Shown one piece after another: positions 53,080 to 64,000 of a stretch of DNA of 64,000 nt. The stretch is from Lingula anatina (taxonomy: Eukaryota; Animalia; Brachiopoda). The first letter of the stretch is position 1. The number at the start of each line of letters is the position of its first letter. The notes beneath the pieces were generated by a model that worked only from the letters and a program-made list of their open reading frames with translations, was not told the origin of the DNA and searched no databases. The DNA is taken from contig CM120640.1 in assembly GCA_051362555.1 (NCBI GenBank), positions 17,980,001 to 18,044,000 on the forward strand, written 5' to 3'. A program made the translations under genes and the position numbers.

Positions 53080-53410
53080 ATATTCAACCGTTACAATTGT
53101 ACCCGTAAAACGCAGCAATGAATGCGAAATATCCAAATATACTCATAGCACATGAAGCACTGTTTAAAAAACTGTGGAAATGAGGGGGCTAATTTGAAAT
53201 ACGTAAACCAGTAGGACACATACTGGTAAACGAAATTTGGTCTCGTTTTCAAATTAGAATGACGTCACAATGTGGCCATGTTTGATGCGACGATTAGACC
53301 GTGCGCACGTTTGTAATATTTATTGTTTCTTTCGTTTGAACGTGAAACACGGTTTTTCGTCTACTGTGCTATTCTCTAAACCGAATATACAATCTATATT
53401 CTTATTTAAG
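53080..53410 (+). promoter_or_regulatory. CpG-rich promoter and non-coding first exon of the ODAD1-like gene
   Basis: CpG-rich stretch after AATAAA at 52936; perfect CRE TGACGTCA at 53260-53267; donor AAG|GTGAGG at 53411 and acceptor at 53638, 10 nt before the ATG. Confidence 0.6.
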
Positions 53411-53648
53411 GTGAGGAATTAAAAGCTTCAACAATGTTAACTTTAGTTAGATCGTCCAAAGTAATCGAGTGTTTTGTGTTTGGGCAGCCGTAGCAGACGA
53501 ATTTACGATGTCTCAGCCTTGGGTCCGTTATTGTTATGATATCTTGATAAGAAAAAAAGCGTCGGTCAAATTAAAGAGATTAATTAAATGCTTAACTGCA
53601 AAAATAGCAGGTACCGTAAGACAATGTGTCTTTTGCAGAGTTCTCATT

Positions 53649-54401
53649 ATGCTGAAAGCTACAGGAAAGCGCGTCACGGAGGAGGAAGATGATTTCTGCG
53701 AGGAAAGTTTGCAGGAGATGGAGCTGGCACGACTGCAGAGACAACTGCGGATTATGGAAGGAGATCGCAAGGCATATCAAGAAAAATCAGTATTCATTAT
53801 CAAAAAGCAAAAGTAAATAAGAATTTTTGTTTCATACACCACTAAAAATTAAGTTCACTATTTCTGTAGTTTTTACATGTGTAAGCTCAATGTAAATCCT
53901 GACGTGATGTTCCATTAGTTGGAACAAACTCATTCTTTTCTTTGTTACAATCATTATTTATCGTTTTACAGATGGAATGACTTAAAGACAAAACCATCCA
54001 TTTTCTGAAAATTGGAGCTTGTTAAATATCCTTCCCAAAAAACTGAACATAATGTGCAGATACTGGGGCATACATGAAGGGCCACTGTTTGTCCTCTTTC
54101 TTGTATTAATTACATGCTTCTTCAGTAATTAAAAGTGTTGGTAACAGCACAAACATTTGATTTCTATTAAACAGTGCAGAAATCAATGCCCTCACCAAAG
54201 AAAATGAAGAGATCAATAAGGATCTGATGCAGGCTTTGAGTGATAAGAAATGTGCACAAGATATGTACAACACTGAACAGCTACAACTTCTCATTCAGAG
54301 CACTGATGATTACAAAGCACTTGTTGATGGTGAAAAATTAAAGATAGCTCAAATGGACGCACAGGTCAGGTTTGCAGGTTTTTCATTTTTATTGTATTTG
54401 C

Positions 54402-54452
<51 letters not shown>

Positions 54453-54632
54453 TCTTTTCATTTTTTTTGTAAGTGGGCACTGCCACTGCTAAATTTCATT
54501 AACTTATTTTACAGTTATAATAAATTAGTAAAATCACTAAGTTATTTCTGTTGTGCCAAAATACTTTGATATTCATGTGAGAAAAAATGCCTTTCATGTA
54601 ATTTCCATTAGATACTCCAATCATAGGATATC

Positions 54633-54665
<33 letters not shown>

Positions 54666-57600
54666 GGAAATGTAAAAAAATTATTTCACGTAAATAAATG
54701 CATTTATATGTTTACAACTGTACATGTTCGATTTAAAATAATTTCCCTTGAAAAACTCTTGTGAATGTCTGATAATTTTTGAGTCACTGGGGATGTCTAT
54801 CAAACACTTTGTATTTAGAGACACAAGTAAGAAACAAGCAAGAGGTAGGCATATCATGGTTTTTTTTTTTTCACAGCCAACAATTTATATCTGAGGAAAA
54901 AAAAATGACTGTGCCATTTTTAATGCGAAAGTTTTAACTTGATTCATCCAATAAAAACACTACATGTAGTTCAGTGCATATTTATCTTTTGCTTTGTTTT
55001 CCTTTCTTACAGATTTAAATCTTATCCGTTCTTCTCTCTACTGCATGATATATTCAAAGAAATAATATGACTACTAATACTGAGATTTTTTTCTGTTAGA
55101 TTCGTGCAATGGAAGAAAAGATCTGTCACCAGAGAATGACTATGGGTGGATTGTACAACAGCGCCACCAAGGCCAATGCGACAAGCAAAAGACTGAGAGT
55201 ATTGGAAAACAGACTTGACAAGGCTGGTTTAATTTAACCTTTATTTTGTGGCTTTTCCCTATAATTTGTTCAAAAAGATATATTTTAGTCAACATGATAT
55301 TTTTCTTTTTTTTTTTTTTTTGACGTAGAACTTTAATATACTTTTCTTTCGGTTGCAAAGAAGATTGTATTGTTATTGAATCAAGTTACCACATTTAACA
55401 CTTTTAATTGTTGCGTTGTAAAAAAGCAGGAAAAAAATCACTCATATTGTAAGCTCTTGACCAATATACTGGTATGTCAATTAATTTTTGTCAAAATGTC
55501 TGACCTTAGATATATGCACTGAATAAGTGTGTCTGGTGTGTGTCTTCATTGTTTAAGTGGAGTAATTATAATAATTATGGTTTAAGAGAAATGATCTCTT
55601 CTTGACCTTTTAGCTCAGATCAAAGTGTACATGTAGTATCCAAGGATATTTAAGACATAAAAAAGATCCTTTCAATTGTTCATTTTTTCAATTTAGGCCA
55701 TGGTGAATCTAAACAAACAGCTTGCTACAAATGCCAAACTGCGTGAAGAAATAGACCACTTGAGGCAAGAGAGAGCAGTGTTTGATAATTTACACAAGAA
55801 GTTATCTGCAGAACTGCAGCAGTCCAAAGATAAAGTAATGGAGATAATAGCAGAAGCAACTGCTGCTTATGATAGCAGGTAGTTTGGAAATTTTGTGATG
55901 TTATATGTACATAAAAACGTCAACCAGTGTGTGGTCAGCATGGTATTTGCATTATGAACATTGGTAATGCTGTCACCCTGTCCGTGTAGATTCAGCTCTG
56001 ACTGCACTTGTATTCTGGTACACCTGACACAAAAACACATGCTAGTACATACAAAATACTCAATAGACCAATTAACAAATATGGGTATAAAATATGTTAC
56101 CTTTTAAGGTAAAATAAACACATTGACTCTTTATGCAGAGATGATGCTGTTGTTTCATTGAACAATACCACACCTGAGAATTTGAAAGTTTTTTTGTGCA
56201 ATTATTGCAGAGATGATGCTAACAATAAGATGCTGAGTCTCCAGGAGCGCACAGAGAGAGATGAGGCTCACTACCATGTGGAGATGAAGGACTTGCAGAG
56301 AATGATCAAGAATGATGAGAGTCTGAGGGAGTTCATGACAATTAAGGACCACGACAGGATGGAGTACAAACTGATGGAAATGGCTAAGAAAAAGAAGATG
56401 GGTAAGGGAGTAAGGTCAAATGGTGAAGAGTTTTAGAATGATTGCAAAAAAAAAAAAAAAATCTGAGTAAAAGATATGAAACCAATTAATATATCAATAT
56501 CTACAAATATGTGACATATGTTTAAGATTAGTATATATGTAGAATTCTTTTTTTTTTTTTACCCATTTCATGATTTACTGGTAGTTATGTATTTCTTGTT
56601 GATCTTTATTCTTGTTCTTTTTTCGTAATCACTTTAATATTGCTTCTGTTAACTTACTATTTATGCACAGACATTATAAATGTCTGCATTTATTCAGAAC
56701 ATGTCTGTTTCTTTTAAATGCAGGACTTGTGCTTTATAAAAAATGTTTTAATACAGAAGTTTACAGAGATGTTTTCTTTAGCCTTGTTGTTTATGTGAAA
56801 ATTGCTGAAATTGTTGAAGAAAATTTCTCTTTTGTCTATATAAGCAAGAATGTTTACGATCTGTTTCTTCAATAATTTTGGTCAATGTCTGTTCATGTAC
56901 CAGCTGTGCTGTCTTGTTTACCTTTTTTGTTATTTTGCTTGGTCATCCATATTATTCCTCAGCAGCCTATATATAAAATATATAACATATTTTTTCATCA
57001 CAAGTTCAAAATAAAGTAATGTCTCTTTCAAATTTTTTCAGCTTTATGCAATATGTCACATATTTAATTGAGTTAACCAACAAAATTCAACAGTCAAGAC
57101 TTAGTATAGTATTTGTTATAGGTTGCTGAGGATGATATTTTTTAGTTCAATGTATTATTATAATTATTTATAGCTTGTGATGTTTTTGTGAGTGATGTGT
57201 TGGGAGTTATGCAGCAGGCACAGAAAACCTCCACACAAATCCTAAACAAATTTAAGGAATGGGAAAACACTGTGAGCAAAGGTGAACATAATGATAACTT
57301 ATACTGGACACATGCATTGAATTCATCCTGTGCGATTGTATATGAGTAAAAGCTGTTTGTAGGAGATTCAGGGAGTGTTTTTCAGGGTGTATTACATGTA
57401 TGTACCACAACTTCAAAGTTCAGTGCTGACAGTCTTGTTAACTAGCACTGCTTTTGTCACTTGGACTATTTTTTTAAATAGAACTATTATGGAAACAGGA
57501 TTTTATTTGGGCTAGCCATGCAAACTTTTCAGTATCATTTGGGATGGGCCATTTTAGTGCATTTTGTGTGGGAAATATAAATCCCAAAAAGTTGGTTAAT

Positions 57601-59492
57601 GGCACAATGACATGAATGACTGTCACAGGTATGAGGCAGTCTCCAGTCGACAAGCTTGTCTGCAAGAATCTGAAAAACCATTTGGTGCTATTATGCAGGC
57701 TCCTAATATGATGTTAAATTTTAGTTGTTATTAATTCATTTTTTAAAATTCATTTTCTTTCTTTAGTTGTTTTTTTTTTCCTTTTCCGTTTTATTTCTGA
57801 CATATAATATTATCCCTAAATTAATTTTAACAATAATTTTAATACCCAGATTACCAGCACATTTGCCTCAATGACTTTCAACTCTGTTTGCTAGGATTGG
57901 ATGCTGATAAGGCCATTGCTCAGAATCAAGAAAAGATCAAAACCTACGAGGAAGCCTTTGAACGCATCAAAACTGCCACAGGAGAGCAGGACATAGATGT
58001 GATAGTGAAACAGTTCATTGAGAAAGAGGGTGAGAACTTCGCACTGTTTAACTATGCCAATGAGGTGAACCATGAAGTTGAGTTGCTGAATGAAGAGATC
58101 AGTGCCATCAAGGAGGACATCAATAGGTTCAAGAGTGAGGAGGCCACTGTGGATAACAGCAGAGAGAAGATGCTTAAAGAACTGCAGGTCAGTGTAAGAG
58201 GCACAGGTTGTGAACTTTGATATGCAATAAACTATTTATTACATAATTATTTATTTTCTCTTTCAATTTATCGTGTGTATTTTTATTTACTTAACTTTTA
58301 TCATTTTATAAAAATAGAAAATTTATGAATGGGTTTCTTATTAAAAATCTTGGGCCTGTGCATCATGTATAATGAGTGCAAGTGTAATTTTGTTGTTATT
58401 TATTATTATTAATTTTAAAAAAATTCAGATTAGCATCCAGAAAGCCACAGCTCAAACGGAGAAATCTCAGCAAAGGCTGAAGGAGGTGAACAAGTCCATG
58501 GAGAATTTGCGTCAGCAGATAGGTGCCATGTTCAGCAGTACTGGCTGTGATGACAAGCCAATACGGGAGATGCTGGGGGCTGGTGTGGGCATCACAGACA
58601 GCAATGTGATGATGTACCTGGGGCTGATTGAGCAGAGGACCAACGAAGTGCTGGCTGTGAAGGAATATTTGGAGATGAAGGTAGGTATAATTATGGGCTG
58701 ATATTGAGGAGGGCAGTGAATGGAATCCTTTTCAGAACACTTTTCTTATTAATATATAAAACAATTTAACATTAAGTTGGCCTATGTTCTGTTCTCTCTT
58801 CATGCATTTTATCGATAATATTGTTGCAAGCAGTGAGACGATGAACTCATTCTTGTTTGAAAGTGGTATAGAAGAATTTTAATTGCAGGCTTGTGCAAAC
58901 TCATTTTTTTACAAAGAAAAAAATGAAACCATATAGTATTAAAGATATTTGACAACACTTAACTATATTTCATTGGCCTGTATCTTATTTTCCAGGAGCA
59001 AGGCATCATTCCACCACCTAGTGCTGCTGCCCAAGCTGCTCCTGTAGCTGTACCTAAACCTACCAAACCCAGCCTGTCTAATGTGGTTCTTCCTCGGTAA
59101 GTTACCACATTGAATAAGGGTCGAAAGCTGGAAACTGGAGTTGCAAAAAAATTTTTTTTCAGTGGTTTTATTCTCTTTGCATTGTAAGGAAAGATTAGTA
59201 GTGAAACAACAGACATGTCAACTAGTTTTGCCTCTTAGAATGCAAAACTTTTAATTTGTTAAAAAGTAATGTCAGAAAAAAAAATGTGATTCAAACTTTT
59301 ATTCTTTGCAGTGGAGACAGTGACACAGAAGAGGAAGAGGAAGATGTGAGGCCACTCAACCCTGACGAGATCAGAGCTCGTGTCCTGAAAGCTATGGATA
59401 AGAGGATGGCAGAGGCAGCCAGCTTGGAAGTGGAGCAGCCCAGAACTGGATCTAAAACTCCCACTAAAACTGGGACGAAGAAGAGAGTTTGA
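53649..59492 (+). CDS. ODAD1: Outer dynein arm docking complex subunit, ODAD1 (CCDC114)/CCDC63 family coiled-coil protein, about 558 aa
   Basis: Exons in continuous phase, 1677 nt: 53649-53812 (ELARLQRQLRIMEGDRKAY), 54175-54364, 55100-55222 (VLENRLDK, GC donor), 55697-55878 (NAKLREEIDHLRQER), 56211-56401, 57895-58187 (YEEAFERI...FIEKEGENFALFNYANE), 58429-58680 (NVMMYLGLIEQRTNE), 58996-59096, 59312-59492 (RPLNPDEIR). ODAD1 vs CCDC63 orthology cannot be resolved by eye. Confidence 0.92.
54403..54452. repeat. (TTA)n microsatellite
   Basis: Direct reading. Confidence 0.95.
54634..54663. repeat. (CAT)n microsatellite
   Basis: Direct reading. Confidence 0.9.
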
Positions 59493-60097
59493 CCCAACAA
59501 TTTCTCTCTGACATATATTGTATATTATACTGTTGTAGTATTTATTGGTAGTGTAAATTAATTTATTCTGGAGATGTTGTTGTTACTGCAGCTTGCAAAC
59601 AAACTGTTTTTCCATAATTCACAATGAAGGCGTGTATATTGTATGAAGAAAGTACTACGTTTTAACAGACAGATATCAAATGAAATTTTGCGTTGATATT
59701 TTCAGACAGCGTTTATGTGCGTTATGCTATCCAAGACGGATAAAAGGACTTTTTTCAACATGTCTAAAAACAAATGCATTCAAGGCAAATTTGCACTCTG
59801 GTGTAACATCTTTTGATTTACTGCATTTCAGTAGTTGCAACATCTTTATGGAGTTAAGTGGTGCTTTTGAATAAACACTTCTTTCAAGTTTTAGGTTGTT
59901 ATTTATTATTAACTGCTGTCAACTTTTCTTTTGAACATGACGTGAGCAAATTTCAAACGGTGACCTAAAATCCCTGATTTATGACAGATAAGGTGTGCCT
60001 CAGCAGGATTTAATGTGAGAACTAAAGCAAGTGTTATTCTGCAGATAAAAACAAAGTGGATGTGCACCACATTACATCTCGTCACTGCACTACCAAC

Positions 60098-61589
60098 ATG
60101 CCGAAGACGCTATTCCTTTTGATTATCTGTATGGCTGTGGCGGTACAGGTAGGTTTAATTGTAATGATAATTGTAATATGTGATAATAGTCATAATACAA
60201 AAGTGCTAAGTGCGATGTGGATTCCACCGGTTAATGACATAAAATCGAAAAACCATACAAAGTCGCTTGCTATTGACTGCGATATTGACTAAATTATTTG
60301 ATTTCATTGTAACGTTTGGTCATATTACAGAAAATTATCTGTGCGGCATTGTATATATAAGGCCGTCACCAGAGACTTTCAGTGCTGTTGGTCTTTGAAA
60401 TTTCTGTTGCACTTGTCCCAATGCCCATCCTGCTTCTCCCATTTCTTTCTCTTTGGACTGTCCCAGTCTTCTTGAGTCCAGACTTATGAACATTAATACT
60501 TGTTTTTCACAATCGAAGGCCACAAAATGAATTCGCTTTTAGAGCCTAATACTATAGTCTATAGAACCTAACATTTTTCAGAATCGAAGAAGTTATTGGT
60601 GCAAAATTAATTTTAATTTCACAAAGCGTCATCCTATGTAGTTAGGAAGAGGAGCATTTTGGTTTTTGAAAGAGGCACGGGAAAAACAATTGTTAAGTTT
60701 GTTAACATTTTCCAGAGCATTCCTGCTCCCGGCCATGGCGGCGTGTGTAACAACGCCTCACACTGCAATGACGACGAGTGTTGCGTATCTCTGCTGCAAC
60801 CCATAGGGAGGAAGAGGTCGTTAAGTCAACTCGGAATGTGCTCGAAACTGGGCACAAGCGGATCTTGTAAGTACTATTTTTATTACCGATTTATGCATTC
60901 GATTATTCCCATATTTGTTTAGGATACTCTCTAATCGATGGGTATTTGATTACGTACAGTGTATCATACATTTTCATTACTTTCAAAATCAATCTAACGA
61001 TGCACTCAACTTCAGGGTTTGAATAAGAGAAAGGAAACCTTTGAAAATAAGATTTTAGAAGACTCGAAATTTTAAAAATATTTTCTTTTCAAAGTGAAGA
61101 ATTTTTAAGATAAAGACTTTCAGAGATAAAAAAAATTGTTTCCACAGGGTGTGACCCGTCTTCTCTGTCTGGCCAGCCACAGGCGATGGTTTTGGAGTGT
61201 CCCTGTGCCCCGGGGTTCAAGTGTATTCCTCAGGGTTGGTCTGGGGGCATTGTTGTACCGGTATTGCATGAGCCAGGTAATACCACTGGGCGTCTAACCC
61301 TAGGGAAAGTTCTCCCTCGTTATCACCCTTATTTTTATTCCCTTGTTTTTTAAAGATCGTGTAAGACCAACAGCGGCCTTTTATTTCAATTGTTAGTATA
61401 AATTTTCACTATTGAAAAAAGAACGTCAAATCTGTGTGACTCCCATGTGTCACAACAAGGGTTCATGTTTATAATAATAATAATAAGAATAATAAGAATA
61501 ATAATAATAATAATAATTTCAGACTTGTTTGTGGCTTACCTGAATTATTTTTTCTTTCAGGTCGATGTACCAGTAGTGGTGGTAATTAA
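60098..61589 (+). CDS. Secreted cysteine-rich prokineticin/astakine-like (colipase-fold) peptide precursor, 119 aa
   Basis: Exons 60098-60148 (signal peptide MPKTLFLLIICMAVAVQ), 60716-60866, 61148-61276, 61561-61589, all GT-AG and in phase (360 nt). Mature region SIPAPGHGGVCNNASHCNDDECCVSLLQPIGRKRSLSQLGMCSKLGTSGSWCDPSSLSGQPQAMVLECPCAPGFKCIPQGWSGGIVVPVLHEPGRCTSSGGN has 10 Cys in the C-x5-C-x4-CC...C..LG..G..C...CPC..G..C...C pattern. Confidence 0.85.
61471..61517. repeat. (AAT)n microsatellite, interrupted
   Basis: Direct reading. Confidence 0.85.
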
Positions 61590-62269
61590 TATAGAAAAAA
61601 TTCATTTCGTCTAGGTGGCAATTTTGCAAAAGTAATACTTCGACAGTTTTATTCCAGACAATATCTAAGGAAAAAAAACGATTGCAAAATTTGGTCACAA
61701 CGAAAGAGCTGAAAAAGCATTAAAATGTATAAAAAAGAACTGTTCATTACCTTAGTATGCCTTCGTGTTAACTAACGAGAATATAAAAAAAAGGCACTTT
61801 ATGCTAAAACGTTGATAAGATAGTGAAAATAAGGATTTATGAAGTGAAAAATAAATATCACCCAGATCCTCGTCTTCTCATTGCAGTTTGAAGTGAAACG
61901 ATAAGCAAAACGGTGAAATTACCTCATATTTCGGTTATCATGGATGAGAGTCCGAGCTAAGAGGAAAGATTTGATTCATCTTGTGTCTGTTGAGACTAAG
62001 AACACATTACACTTCTGTTGTCTTCGCTACAGCAACGCATTATATTACTAACGTTACATTACTAGCGTTTTCAACTGCGAGCACATCCACTGTCGCATAT
62101 CATGTAATTACTGGTATATTAGTAATAGAAGTTAGAGGAATCATAAATTATGCAAAGGTGATAAGTACTAAGCCAGTGCCACTTGTTCGCTATCGCACTG
62201 TATGCATTCAACGACAAGGTTTTTTTCATTTATCCCAAGGCTCCGTCGTGTTTGCGTTAACTTAAAAAG

Positions 62270-62990
62270 TATCCGGGAATTCACAAAGTTTTGCTTTGAA
62301 AAAAAAAAAAAAAAAAAAAAAGAAAAGAAAGAAAGAAAGGAAGAAACCCTTTCAACTCAGCAGTATTCATGAAATGTAACTCACACCAAAGAAATGTTTA
62401 ATTGAAAAGACACTGCTTAAAATACTTGATTCGCCCATAACGTACTTTAGGTAACGGAAATATTGAGGCAGGTGCAAGATATACCAGAGGTGAATACGCA
62501 ACCCAAGTTTTGGACTCGGGCTCGTTTTGTAACAAGTCGCAATCCAAGCGTGCAGTGTGGGGGCCCTGGATTGTGAGAGGGACTTATCATTTACGGGTCA
62601 GGCGTTACGGAGAGAGAGAGTGCAAAAATCTTTTGAAAACTTATGTAAGCAACTTTGTACTTTTCCCGTAATGAAAACAGCAGTTTTTTCTTTTGTGATG
62701 AACTGGGCCTTTCAGCTAGCTGTAAGGGTTCAGTTAAAGATGGCATTGATAAAATAGGACCATAATTTGACTGCCCAGAGTCGTGCCAGGAATATATTAA
62801 CTTTATCGTCCTAAACTCGTTTTTATAAAGCATGTTCAAGCATCCGCCCGTCACCATCTTCAACGTACCCTTAGGAACTCTCCCTTCCCCTCCTTTTTTT
62901 CTTAGCTGTGCTTGCATGTGGTCGGTACTCGAGAGCTTCAGATTCTCGTTCGTAAAATCCATATACATATAACTTTCAGTTTCATTTCAC
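62270..62990. promoter_or_regulatory. CpG-rich candidate regulatory module with IRF/ISRE-like, kappaB-like, GC-box and TATA motifs
   Basis: ACTTTCAGTTTCATTTC 62972-62988; GGAACTCTCCC 62874-62884; CCGCCC 62844-62849; TTTTATAAAG 62821-62830; GGGAATTCAC 62275-62284. Confidence 0.35.
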
Positions 62991-64000
62991 GCTGTATATA
63001 CCCTGTGAAACTGTTATGGCGCACACGCTGTTGAGCTTGGGCTCTTAAGTTCATTTATGATAATGTTCAAGCGACATGATACTTGTTAGTCTCGTACTTA
63101 CATAAGGGCGTTGTTACAGTTAACAAAACTACCGCTTCTACGGCGCGTCGACCTGCCCCTTGTGACATACTGAAATCTGGCTGTCGCCCCAAAACATCAA
63201 TTACCATTAGATCACTAAGAAAACTTTCACATCCCACTGACCAGAACCAAGACGAATTGCGTTCAAAAAGACATTGAGGGCAGTTTGATCAGATTGGTGT
63301 TTCGCTTATCAACAACCGAAGTTTGTTTTATCCTGCGACCTTATGCGGATCATTATGATCAGACAAAATGTTTTTCACACTAATCAAATAGAAATCGGTT
63401 TGTGATTTTATAGTATACCGGATGCTTTGTCCAAGTCTATTGCCTATATACCAAATAGGCTACGGGTGCAGGTGTCTATATTTAGAATGGAAACTTTTTA
63501 ATGGGTAATCTTTATTTTAGATAGCACGAAAACCTCAATGATCACTCGATCTTCACGTGCGCTCGTGTCTGCAGTAAGGTTTAAAGTACAAGCAAAAGGT
63601 GCACGCTCGAAAAGCATGTTAAACTGGCTCCACCGAAAAACATTTACGTCACTTTGTAAAAGGTTGATGGAAACAAAGAATACACTTAACAGCATCAGCT
63701 ATTGTGAGCAAACATACACTTGCAGTTTATAGATAACAATTTATTGTAATCAAATTTATGTACATAAAAACGAAAATAGTATGATAAACCGCGTACAAGG
63801 TGAAAAGTTAAAATATCTCCAAACCGCCAACAAGGCATACGGTACACATAAGCACATATGAAGCACCAGTACGCATATAACAACATTTTCTCATTAACGG
63901 AATGTGCCGAAAAGCTATATATAGAAATATTGATCTCATACTGAAGCTCGACTAGAGCAGTACACTGAAAGGAAGCGGTATGCGGTTACATTCATTATGA

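Noticed and set aside
59488-59500. Possible stop-codon readthrough or selenocysteine at TGA-C of the ODAD1-like gene
   Set aside because: Not the strong TGA-CTAG context and no SECIS-like element was recognised.
62591-62968. 125-aa minus-strand ORF near the window end
   Set aside because: No recognisable homology or convincing splice context; overlaps regulatory-looking motifs.

Overview
AT-rich, intron-rich animal genomic DNA; a lophotrochozoan or mollusc-like origin is an inference from repeat types and protein style. Four spliced genes lie head-to-tail on the + strand. (1) 5'-truncated phosphatidylserine decarboxylase PISD (408-9655), with a probable alternative first exon and its own TATA/Inr promoter inside an intron. 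(2) rdgB/PITPNM, 21 coding exons, about 1331 aa (PITP, FFAT, DDHD, LNS2; 24223-50438), probably with about 13 kb of 5'UTR introns. (3) ODAD1/CCDC114/CCDC63-family outer dynein arm docking subunit, 9 coding exons, about 558 aa (53649-59492), with a GC-AG intron. (4) A 119-aa secreted 10-Cys prokineticin/astakine-like peptide with an internal GRKR site (60098-61589). Introns carry a 4.1-kb Academ-like element, a 3.2-kb Helentron-associated (HINE-like) element, several MITEs and microsatellites. Most ORF-track entries are intronic noise or exon fragments. Exon structures were assembled by eye from splice signals, phase continuity and recalled homology; no database searches were run.
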